Made by a program: the position numbers and the translations under genes. The notes below the pieces were generated by a model. That model saw nothing but the letters and a program-made list of their open reading frames with translations. It made no database searches and was not told where the DNA came from. DNA of 64,000 bases from Acidimicrobiales bacterium (GTDB lineage: Bacteria; Actinomycetota; Acidimicrobiia; Acidimicrobiales; RAAP-2): positions 13-64,012 of the forward strand of contig DAIMIK010000001.1 of assembly GCA_036722795.1 (NCBI GenBank), written 5' to 3'. How positions within the stretch are numbered: the first letter of the stretch is position 1; every line of letters begins with the position of its first letter. This document shows positions 17,426-25,615 of the stretch, one piece after another.

Positions 17426-19309
17426 ATGAGCTATCGATTCGGAATCGACGTCGGTGGGACGTTCACCGACTGTGTGCTCCTTCGGCCCGACGGGTCAGTG
17501 CTCCTGGAGAAGGCGCCCACCACTCCCGAGGACCAGAGCGTCGGGGTGCTGGCCGGGCTGGCGCAGCTCGCGGTGGCCGAAGGGCTCACCGTGGAGCAGA
17601 TGATGGCGCAGGCGCGGACCATCGTCCATGGGACGACGACCGGGGACAACACGATGATCCAGATGTCTGGAGCGCCGACCGGGCTGCTGGTCACCGAAGG
17701 GTTCCGCGATGAGATCGAGTTCCGGCGTTGCTACAAGGAGGAGATCTGGGATCCGGCGTTCCCCCCGCCCGACCCGATCGCCCGCAGGCGGGTTCGCCTC
17801 GAGATCCCGGAGCGGATGACCGCCGAGGGAGAGGTCGAAACAGCTCTCGACGAGCAGGCAGTGCGCAAGGCCGTTGCTCGGCTCCGAGCCTTCGGTGTCA
17901 CGTCGATTGCCGTCAGCTTTCTGCATTCCTACCTGAATCCCGCCCACGAGCTGCGGGCCGGCGAGCTGATCGTCGAGGAGTTTCCCGATGTCGAGATGGT
18001 CTCGCTGTCGCACCAGGTGCTACCCAAACCCCCGGAGTTCGAGCGGACCTCGACGACCCTGGTGAATGCCTACGTCGGACCGCCGATCGCCCGCTACCTG
18101 GGCAGGCTCTCCGATCGGCTGGCATCGCTCGGCTTCGATAGCGACCTGTTGGTGGCCACATCGGCGGGCGGCGTGGCCACCGCGGCAGCCGCCGCCCAGC
18201 GGGCGGTGGCGACCATCGGATCCGGTCCGACCGGTGGCGTCAATGCGGCAGCGCGCGCGGCCGCATCGACCGGGTTGGGTGACGTGGTGAGTGTCGACAT
18301 GGGAGGCACGAGCTACGACTTGTGCCTGATCCGGAATGGGCGTCCCGAAGTCAAGATGGATTGGAACTGGAGGCACCGGTACTGCATCGGCATACCCATG
18401 GTCGACATCTCGTCGGTCGGGGCCGGAGGAGGATCGATCATCTGGGTCGACGACGGGGTGCTCCAGGTCGGACCCCAGTCGGCGGGGAGCTCACCGGGGC
18501 CGGTCTGCTATCAGAGGGGAGGCACCCAACCGACGATCACCGACGCCGACCTCGTGCTCGGCCGACTCGAGCCCGGTGGATTCGCCAACGGCCGCATGGA
18601 ACTCGACCGAGAAGGTGCGCGGGCTGCGCTGGCCGAACTCGGCGGGCCACTCGGCATGAATGCCGAGGAGACGGCCGTCGCCGCCGTGCGTCTGGTGGAC
18701 GCCCACATGACGGATGCGGTCCGGCGGGTCCTGTCCCTTGCCGGTGCCGATCCGAGGTCACTCGATCTGGTTGCGTTCGGCGGAATGGGTGCGGTCCATG
18801 CCACGACGCAGGCTGCCGCGCTCGGGATGGCACACGCCCTCATTCCGCGTGGCGCTGCCGGCCTATCGGCGCTCGGGCTGCTCACTGCCGATCATGTGGT
18901 CGACGAGTCCCGGGGCTATGTGGTGCCATGGCAAGAGGCCGATCCCTCCCTACTCGAGCGGATGGCCGATGAGCTCAGCAGTGTCGCCACCGATGAGTTG
19001 CGGGTCGCAGGTGTGCCCGATGACAAGGTGCGCCTCCAGTGGTCGCTGCTGATGGTCTATCCCGGCCAGACCTTCGACGTCGCCATCCCGGTCGACTCGC
19101 CCACCGACGTCGAGGCTGCCGTAGGTGAGTTCCATCGGCGCAATGAGGAAGCCCGTCTCATCGAGGCCCGGGCGCAGGAGCCGGTGCTCCGCGGACTTCG
19201 ACTGACCGCCATCGGTGAGGTCGAGAAGATGGCGCCATCGTCCCTCGATCGATCCGACGATGAGCCCGCGCCCATCGGTCACCGGAGGATGTGGGTGGCG
19301 GGGGAGTAG
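17426..19309 (+). CDS. hyuA: Hydantoinase/oxoprolinase A-type subunit (HyuA family), truncated by an in-frame TAG
   Basis: ATG at 17426 follows GGGAGGG. The N-terminus is FGIDVGGTFTD. The ORF ends at TAG 19307-19309, and the same frame continues with family-like sequence (see next feature). Confidence 0.75.
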   Translation: MSYRFGIDVGGTFTDCVLLRPDGSVLLEKAPTTPEDQSVGVLAGLAQLAVAEGLTVEQMMAQARTIVHGTTTGDNTMIQMSGAPTGLLVTEGFRDEIEFRRCYKEEIWDPAFPPPDPIARRRVRLEIPERMTAEGEVETALDEQAVRKAVARLRAFGVTSIAVSFLHSYLNPAHELRAGELIVEEFPDVEMVSLSHQVLPKPPEFERTSTTLVNAYVGPPIARYLGRLSDRLASLGFDSDLLVATSAGGVATAAAAAQRAVATIGSGPTGGVNAAARAAASTGLGDVVSVDMGGTSYDLCLIRNGRPEVKMDWNWRHRYCIGIPMVDISSVGAGGGSIIWVDDGVLQVGPQSAGSSPGPVCYQRGGTQPTITDADLVLGRLEPGGFANGRMELDREGARAALAELGGPLGMNAEETAVAAVRLVDAHMTDAVRRVLSLAGADPRSLDLVAFGGMGAVHATTQAAALGMAHALIPRGAAGLSALGLLTADHVVDESRGYVVPWQEADPSLLERMADELSSVATDELRVAGVPDDKVRLQWSLLMVYPGQTFDVAIPVDSPTDVEAAVGEFHRRNEEARLIEARAQEPVLRGLRLTAIGEVEKMAPSSLDRSDDEPAPIGHRRMWVAGE

Positions 19310-19492
19310 CTCGACGTGCCGGCCTTCGACGCCGAGTCGATCCGTCCCGGAATGGTCATCGTCGGTGCTGCGGTGGTGACGAGCCCGTTCACCACGTTGG
19401 TGCTTCGACCGGGGGATCGTTGCCAGATGACGTCGGAAGGCGGCTTCCTGGTGGCGGTCGAGCCAGAGGAGGGAACCACGTCGGAGCAGTAG
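19310..19492 (+). pseudogene. hyuA: In-frame continuation of hyuA after the TAG; encodes the expected HyuA C-terminal segment
   Basis: Translation in the hyuA frame gives LDVPAFDAESIRPGMVIVGAAVVTSPFTTLVLRPGDRCQMTSEGGFLVAVEPEE, ending at TAG 19490-19492. It resembles the usual ...W.DTPVY.R..L.PG..I.GPAI.E....T.V..PG tail. Confidence 0.6.
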
Positions 19493-19549
19493 GCTCTCAC
19501 AGGAGAACGCCCCGTTCAGCCCGGGGCCTTCGGGACAAGGACAGGAAAC

Positions 19550-21025
19550 GTGAGTGCAGGGATCCTTTCGTGGGGGGCATATCTCCCGTATTGGCGACTG
19601 CAGCGAGCCGCCATCGGTTCGAGCCTCGGTGTGCCGTCCGGCCGGGGCACGCGATCGGTGGCCTCGTACGACGAGGACACGACCACGATGGGTGTCGAGG
19701 CTGCGCGGCGCGCCCTTGCCGACCTCGGGGGCCCGGTCCCGGCGGACCTCTTCTTCTCCACACCGGCGCCCGCGTATCTCGACAAGACCAACGCCACGGC
19801 GATCCATGCTGCGCTCGAATTGCCGATCTGGACCTCCGCCTACGACCTCATCGGTTCGGTCCGTTCGGCAGCCGGTGCACTCCGATCGGCTCATGCGATG
19901 GCCGGTGAGCAGCGGACCTTGGCAGTGGTGTCCGATCTGCGGACCGGCCTGGCTGGTGGGCCCGAAGAACGAGACAGTGGCGATGGTGCGGTGGCATTCG
20001 TGTTCGGAGACGGCACTGGTGGCGACAGGGTCGCCGCCGAACTGCTCTCCCACGCCGCCACCACCGCGGAGTTCCTCGATCGCTGGCGGACCCCAGGCGA
20101 TGATGACTCCCAGCTGTGGGAGGAGCGGTTCGGCCAAGAGGTATACGTGCCGTTGGTGGAGTCGGCCTGCACCGAAGCGCTGAAGAGGGCCGGCATTGTG
20201 GCATCGGAGGTGGATCACCTGGTGATCGCCGGACTGCACCAGCGGGCGGTGCAGGCATCGCGGACAGGGCTCGGCATCCGACCCGAGGCCACGATTGCCG
20301 ATCACGCGCCGTCCATCGGCAACCTGGGTGCCGCGCAGCCAGGGCTGATGCTGGCGGACATTCTCGAGCAGGCTGAGCCCGGAGCGCTGATCGCGGTGGT
20401 CGTGGTGGCCGACGGAGCGGACGTGTTCCTGTTCCGGACCACCTCGGAGCTTCCTTCGCTCCGCGCTGCACGAGGGGAGCGCGGCGTCCCGACCATCTCC
20501 GAGCTTGCTTCGGGAGGCGGCGACGATCTCCCCTACGCCCGGTTCCTCACCTGGAGGGGAGAGCTCCGCCGGGAGCCGCCTCGCCGTCCCGATCCCCAGC
20601 GACCTGGGGCACCGGCGACGTGGCGGTCGACCTCATGGAAGAGTGGGTTCGAGGCCAGCGACTGCATCGCCTGCGGCTTCCGTCACCTCCCTCCGGCCCG
20701 GGTGTGCCTCCGGTGCCGGGCCATCGACCAGATGGAGCGTGTTCGATTGGCCGACGCCGGTGGTCGGGTTGCGACGTTCACCGTCGATCGGCTGGCGTAC
20801 AGCCTGTCGCCACCGGTGGTCGGTGCCGTGGTGGACTTCGACGGTGGTGGCCGATTTCGCTGCGAGATGACCGATGTGGACCCCGACACCATGCGGGTGG
20901 GCTCGAGGGTCCAGATGGTGTTCCGTCGGCTCAACACCGCACAAGGCGTGCACAACTACTTCTGGAAGGCCCGGCCGGTCGAGACCGGGGGGTCCGTCGA
21001 GGGCATCGGTGGCGATCGGTCGTGA
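19550..21025 (+). CDS. HMG-CoA synthase-like (thiolase-fold) domain fused to a DUF35 Zn-ribbon/OB-fold domain
   Basis: The N-terminal ~330 aa align by eye to HMGS (SYDEDTTTMG, DSGDGAVAFVF, LDRWRTPG, IGNLGAA). There is no Cys at the nucleophile position. The C-terminus has CIACGFRHLPPARVCLRC followed by an OB-like region. Confidence 0.7.
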   Translation: MSAGILSWGAYLPYWRLQRAAIGSSLGVPSGRGTRSVASYDEDTTTMGVEAARRALADLGGPVPADLFFSTPAPAYLDKTNATAIHAALELPIWTSAYDLIGSVRSAAGALRSAHAMAGEQRTLAVVSDLRTGLAGGPEERDSGDGAVAFVFGDGTGGDRVAAELLSHAATTAEFLDRWRTPGDDDSQLWEERFGQEVYVPLVESACTEALKRAGIVASEVDHLVIAGLHQRAVQASRTGLGIRPEATIADHAPSIGNLGAAQPGLMLADILEQAEPGALIAVVVVADGADVFLFRTTSELPSLRAARGERGVPTISELASGGGDDLPYARFLTWRGELRREPPRRPDPQRPGAPATWRSTSWKSGFEASDCIACGFRHLPPARVCLRCRAIDQMERVRLADAGGRVATFTVDRLAYSLSPPVVGAVVDFDGGGRFRCEMTDVDPDTMRVGSRVQMVFRRLNTAQGVHNYFWKARPVETGGSVEGIGGDRS

Positions 21026-22224
21026 GCAGCAACGGGATCCGCGACAGAGTGGCAATCGTCGGTATGGGATGCACGCCGTTCGGCGAGCGCTGGGACAAGG
21101 GAGTGGACGACCTGCTGATCGACGCAACCAAGGACACCATCGCCTCGGCCGGGGTCACCGTCGACGACATCGATGCGTTCTGGTTGGGAACCATGGCTTC
21201 CGGGGTTTCCGGGGTGACGCTGTCCAAGCCGTTGAAGATCGACTACAAGCCGGTATCGAGGCTCGAGAACTTCTGTGCCACCGGATCGGAGGCATTCCGC
21301 AATGCCTGCTATGCGGTGGCATCGGGGGCGTACGACCTGGCCATGGCCATCGGGGTCGAGAAGTTGAAGGACTCGGGCTTCTCGGGACTCACCGGTGTCC
21401 GGCCGATCGGGGACGGAACCGATGCGGCACTGTCGTCCCCTGCTGCCTTTTCGTTCCTCGTACCGGCCTACTGTCACAAGTACGGCGTCGATCCCGATGA
21501 GCTCAAGCAGGTGATGAGTCGCATCGCTTGGAAGAACCACTGCAACGGCGCGGTGAACCCTCGTGCCCAGTACCGGAAAGAGGTGTCGATCGAGACGATC
21601 ACGAAGTCGCCGCTGATCGCCGGTCAACTCGGTGTGTTCGACTGCAGCGGGGTGAGCGACGGCTCGGCCGCCGCCATCGTCTGTAGGGTCGAGGACGCGT
21701 ACCGCTACACCGATCACCCTTTGTTCGTGAAGGCGCTGAGCTTCGTGGCCGGCCCCGGCGGTGGAGCGATGGATCCGGACTACGACTACACGACCTTTCC
21801 GGAGGTGGTGAGATCGGCCGAGGACGCCTACCGCCAGGCCGGCATCAGCGATCCGAGGTCGACGCTGGCCATGGCTGAGGTGCATGACTGCTTCACGGCA
21901 ACCGAGTTGGTGCTGATGGAGGACCTCGGCTTTTCCGAGCGGGGGCTGGGATGGAAGGATGTCCTGGCCGGCACGTTCGATCGCAACGGCGAACTGCCGG
22001 TGAATCCTGACGGAGGACTCAAGAGCTTCGGACACCCGATCGGAGCGTCAGGCCTGCGCATGCTGTTCGAATGCTGGCTGCAGCTGCGCGGCGAGGCTCC
22101 GCCGGAGCGGCAGATCGACTCGTTGGCACGGGGCCGGACGCTCGGGTTGACCCACAACCTCGGCGGTGCGCCGGGGGAGTGCGTCAGCTTCGTGTCGATC
22201 GTCGGGCCGGAGCCGTCGTCCTGA
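21022..22224 (+). CDS. SCP-x / archaeal-type thiolase (thiolase domain protein)
   Basis: GTG at 21022 overlaps the upstream stop (GTGA). Motifs include VAIVGMGCTPFG, the ENFCATGSEAF Cys, EVHDCF and FGHPIGASGLRM. Confidence 0.8.
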   Translation: MSSNGIRDRVAIVGMGCTPFGERWDKGVDDLLIDATKDTIASAGVTVDDIDAFWLGTMASGVSGVTLSKPLKIDYKPVSRLENFCATGSEAFRNACYAVASGAYDLAMAIGVEKLKDSGFSGLTGVRPIGDGTDAALSSPAAFSFLVPAYCHKYGVDPDELKQVMSRIAWKNHCNGAVNPRAQYRKEVSIETITKSPLIAGQLGVFDCSGVSDGSAAAIVCRVEDAYRYTDHPLFVKALSFVAGPGGGAMDPDYDYTTFPEVVRSAEDAYRQAGISDPRSTLAMAEVHDCFTATELVLMEDLGFSERGLGWKDVLAGTFDRNGELPVNPDGGLKSFGHPIGASGLRMLFECWLQLRGEAPPERQIDSLARGRTLGLTHNLGGAPGECVSFVSIVGPEPSS

Positions 22225-22227
22225 TCC

Positions 22228-22256
22228 GACCGGTGCTGCGGGCAGCGCGGCCGGTC
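22228..22256. terminator. Imperfect GC hairpin between convergent genes
   Basis: An outer stem GACCGG...CCGGTC encloses an inner GCTG/CAGC stem. It lies between the stops at 22224 and 22272. Confidence 0.25.
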
Positions 22257-22271
22257 AACGCGCCGACGGGG

Positions 22272-23468
22272 TCAGACGGAGACGGGGACGGGGACCCCCA
22301 TGAGACCGGCGAGGTTGCCGCCCATGATCTTGCGGACCACCTCGTCAGGCATCCCCTGCAGCTCATCGACGTAGGCGATGGGATCGCGTAGGCCCTCAGG
22401 GTGGGGGTAGTCGCTGCCGAACAGGACGTGATCGGCGCCCACGAGGTCCACCAGTGTGCCCAGGTCGTCCTCCCAGAACGGGTTCACGTACACGTTGCGG
22501 AGAAACGCGGCCACTGGATCCTCGGGGAACTCCTGGGGCATCTTGGCGTAGACATCGCCCAGGTCGTGGAGCAGATGGCCGACCCAATTGGCGCCGTTCT
22601 CGACTGCGGCGACCTTGAGGTCCGGGAACCGGGTGAATGCACCGTGGCAGACCAATGCGGTCATGGTGTCGCAGATGGGGCGTTTCCCCTGGGAGATCAT
22701 CCGGAAGGCGGAGGGTCGGAACGGGAGGAATTCCGAGCTCTCCTCCCACCAGTTGGCGATCTCGCTGTAGCCGCTGTCCGACGCGTGCATCCCCACCAGG
22801 ACCCCCGCATCCTGGATGCGGGACCAGATGGGATCGAACTCCGGAAGGCCCGGCGACCTGGTACCACGCAGGCCCGGAACCGGTGCCGGTCGGATGAGCA
22901 CGCAGCGGGCACCCCGCTCGAGGACCCATTCGAGCTCGGCAAGGGCCTTGTCGACGATCCCCATGCTGATGACCGGGGTGGCGAAGATCCGATCCTGGTA
23001 GTCGAACGTCCACGTCTCGTACATCCACTCGTTCAGGGCATGAACCACGGCGAGGATGAGGTCGGGGTCGTCCTTCATGCGCTCTTCGATGAGGCTGGCC
23101 AGGGTCGGGAACATGAGCGCCCGATCGATGCCGAGCTCGTCCATCAACCCGATGCGTGGTTCCGGGGACCGGAAGCCGGGGTGGCACTTGATGGGGTCAC
23201 CGATGATCTCCCGGTAGGACTTCCCCTCGGGATTACCGTGCCGGTAGTACTCCTCCTGCGCACCGGGGGCAGCGACGACATCGAAGGTGGGGTTGGGGAT
23301 GTAGTCGCTGATCGTCCCCCGGACCACGATCTTGGTCCGGCCGCGGACGTCGACGTAGTCGATCGCCTTCGCATACTGCTTGGGCAGGAACTTGGTCAGC
23401 GCCTCGCGGGTCTCGTACATGTGGTTGTCCGCATCGAAGACCGGAAAGTCGAGCGTTCGAGATGGCAC
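22272..23468 (-). CDS. Amidohydrolase-2 family metal-dependent hydrolase/decarboxylase-like protein
   Basis: GTG at 23468 follows AGGGGA, within ORF 22272..23693. The N-terminus has FDADNHMYE, and the C-terminus has LFGSDYPHPEG. Confidence 0.75.
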   Translation of the reverse strand: MPSRTLDFPVFDADNHMYETREALTKFLPKQYAKAIDYVDVRGRTKIVVRGTISDYIPNPTFDVVAAPGAQEEYYRHGNPEGKSYREIIGDPIKCHPGFRSPEPRIGLMDELGIDRALMFPTLASLIEERMKDDPDLILAVVHALNEWMYETWTFDYQDRIFATPVISMGIVDKALAELEWVLERGARCVLIRPAPVPGLRGTRSPGLPEFDPIWSRIQDAGVLVGMHASDSGYSEIANWWEESSEFLPFRPSAFRMISQGKRPICDTMTALVCHGAFTRFPDLKVAAVENGANWVGHLLHDLGDVYAKMPQEFPEDPVAAFLRNVYVNPFWEDDLGTLVDLVGADHVLFGSDYPHPEGLRDPIAYVDELQGMPDEVVRKIMGGNLAGLMGVPVPVSV

Positions 23469-23587
23469 AGGCTGTCCCCTTTGCTTCCCCCGGGGGCTTG
23501 CCAGGGACCGGTGGGCCCCGCAAACCACCTTGTTCCGAGTGTGACGTTCCGAGTGCGAGCCGCATAGAGCATCTCTCGAAACGAGAA

Positions 23588-23606
23588 TCACGTTATCACT
23601 ACGTGA
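23588..23606. promoter_or_regulatory. Inverted repeat TCACGT-N7-ACGTGA in the most AT-rich spot of a divergent intergenic region
   Basis: It sits between the amidohydrolase (minus, start 23468) and the small ORF (plus, start 23783). I read it as a candidate operator. Confidence 0.3.
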
Positions 23607-23782
23607 CGCCTGTCTCAACCGTCGATGACCGGGGTGGTGGCCGGGTCGGTGCCGTCCGGAATTGCGCCTTCGCCAGTCGTGCGCGGCCCCCACCTGGGCT
23701 GTTCCCCTATGGTACGGTCGCTGTGCTCGAGCACCGGTCGTTCGACGGAGCCGGGACTGTTCGGTGACGGGGGAGTTGCGAC

Positions 23783-24088
23783 TTGCAACTGAAGCCAGGG
23801 ATGCGATTTCGAAGCCAGGTCTGCCAGACCGAGGTCGTGGTGGTCAAGGCCGCGCAGGACGGGCTGCTGACCTGCGGGGGCGTCCCGGTCGTCCCCCTCG
23901 ACCGATCCGTCGATCCCGATGCGGTCCTGTCCCTGGGGCACTCGGGGGGGACACTGCTCGGGAAGCGGTACACCGACGATTCCAACGGCGTCGAGATCCT
24001 GTGCGTGAAGGCCGGTGAGGGCTCGCTCGGCCTCGACGGCGAGCAGTTGACCATCAAGACGGCAAAGGCGCTTCCGTCGTCGGATTGA
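23783..24088 (+). CDS. Small hypothetical protein (101 aa) with an internal duplication
   Basis: Two similar halves are present (RFRSQVCQTEVVVVKAAQDGLLTCGG and KRYTDDSNGVEILCVKAGEGSLGLDG). The start is TTG at 23783 or ATG at 23801. Confidence 0.45.
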   Translation: MQLKPGMRFRSQVCQTEVVVVKAAQDGLLTCGGVPVVPLDRSVDPDAVLSLGHSGGTLLGKRYTDDSNGVEILCVKAGEGSLGLDGEQLTIKTAKALPSSD

Positions 24089-24122
24089 ACGTCCCCAGTG
24101 GGATCGTCCCGGGTGGACGCGG

Positions 24123-25016
24123 TCAGGCCTCCGTCTTGAGCGCAGGCCCAACCGGTGGCGCGGCCCGCCAATCCTGAATCCCGTCCTCCACTGTGGCAAT
24201 GGGCATTCCGTCAGCATGGACCTCGGCCCAGTGCGCGTGGTTCAGCTCATGAAGCGTGAAGCAGGCGTTGAGCGAGTTGTAGAAGCCCATGTTGTCGACC
24301 GTCTGGTTGACGGACTCCTTGATGAGCAGCGCAGTCATCGTGGGCAGCTCGGCAATGCGACGGGCGAATGCGACTGTCCGGGCACCGAGCTCGGCGGCCG
24401 GGAACACCTTGGAGACCATGCCGAGACGGTGTGCTTCATCCACGTCGAGTGAGTCACCGGTCAACATCAGCTCCTTGGTCTTGCGAGGGCCGAACTCCCA
24501 GGGGTGTGCGAAGTACTCGACTCCGCACATGCCCAAACGGGTGCCTACGACGTCGGCGAAGGAGACGTCGTCAGCCGCCACGATGAGGTCGCATGCCCAC
24601 ATGAGCATGAGGCCGGCGGCATAGACCGTGCCGTGTACCTGGGCAATGGTGATCTTACGGAGGTTCCGCCACCGGCGGGTGTTCTCGAAGTAGTAGTGCC
24701 ATTCCTGCAACATCCGCTGCTCGGCACCGTTGCGGGTACCGCCGTTGACGAGGCGCGACGGGTGCGGATTGTCGGAGCTCCATTCGGCCATGGCGACCTT
24801 CGAGCCCATGTCGTGCCCAGCCGAGAACATCGGCCCCATGCCGCCGAGGATCACGACCCGGACGGCATCATCGGCCTCGGCCCGCAGAAAGGCCGCGTCG
24901 AGCTCGACCAGGAGTCCCCGGTTTTGGGCATTGCGGGCCTCAGGCCGGTTGAGCATGATCCTTGCGATCCGGCCGTCGTCGAGGGTTTCATAGGTCACGA
25001 ATTCTTCGGACATCAC
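24123..25016 (-). CDS. Enoyl-CoA hydratase/isomerase (crotonase) family protein
   Basis: Motifs include IMLNRPEARNA, FSAGHDMG and AQVHGTVYAAGLMLMWACD. The start overlaps the PaaI stop. Confidence 0.85.
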   Translation of the reverse strand: MMSEEFVTYETLDDGRIARIMLNRPEARNAQNRGLLVELDAAFLRAEADDAVRVVILGGMGPMFSAGHDMGSKVAMAEWSSDNPHPSRLVNGGTRNGAEQRMLQEWHYYFENTRRWRNLRKITIAQVHGTVYAAGLMLMWACDLIVAADDVSFADVVGTRLGMCGVEYFAHPWEFGPRKTKELMLTGDSLDVDEAHRLGMVSKVFPAAELGARTVAFARRIAELPTMTALLIKESVNQTVDNMGFYNSLNACFTLHELNHAHWAEVHADGMPIATVEDGIQDWRAAPPVGPALKTEA

Positions 25017-25615
25017 TGCTCCTGGCTGTATTCGTCGCCGGCGTGCCGGCGATCATGGTGGGTGTGCTGACGGATCGGTCGGGACGCCGGCTGGTCGGAG
25101 GCCGGTGGCGCCGGGCGCCACTCGTGAGATGACCGGGGGAGTCCGTTGGCGGGGGCGATGGAGAATGTAAGGGTGGAGACGGCACACAGCATGCCGGTAG
25201 CCACATCGATCACGTCGACGGTCACCACGGCCAGGCTGCGCCCCCGGCGAACGACGTGTGCCTCAGCCCGTGCAGGGCCCTGGGTGACCCCTCGCAGGTA
25301 GTGGATGGGGAGATCGGCGGTGGCGACCCTGTCGGTGGGCCCGACCCCGTTGAGAACCGCTCGGCCGGCGGCCACGTCGACCAACGTGGCCATCAGCCCG
25401 CCCTGCAACCCGCCTCGGGGGTTCTTCACCCGGGCATCGAGGTCGAGCTCGATGGCGAGGTCCGCGTCGGTGTCGGTGACATCGCGGAAGGACATCTGTT
25501 GGAGGAGATGCTCACCGGCCGCGATGACCCGACCGTGCTCGGCCTGCGCCCCGGGGGCGCCGTCCGGATCCGGCGAGACCACAGGCGAGGAGTCGACGGT
25601 GCCGGAGCCGATCAT
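25013..25615 (-). CDS. PaaI-family hotdog thioesterase
   Basis: Has GGLQGGLMATLVDVAAG and a hotdog-type C-terminal strand pattern. ATG at 25615 overlaps the ALDH stop (ATGA). Confidence 0.7.
   Translation of the reverse strand: MIGSGTVDSSPVVSPDPDGAPGAQAEHGRVIAAGEHLLQQMSFRDVTDTDADLAIELDLDARVKNPRGGLQGGLMATLVDVAAGRAVLNGVGPTDRVATADLPIHYLRGVTQGPARAEAHVVRRGRSLAVVTVDVIDVATGMLCAVSTLTFSIAPANGLPRSSHEWRPAPPASDQPASRPIRQHTHHDRRHAGDEYSQEQ

Noticed and set aside
19307-19309. Recoding of the hyuA TAG, by pyrrolysine or programmed readthrough.
   Set aside because: I see no pyl genes or PYLIS-like context in the window, and this high-GC actinobacterial type is not known for Pyl. A TGG to TAG nonsense change at a normally Trp position is the simpler explanation.
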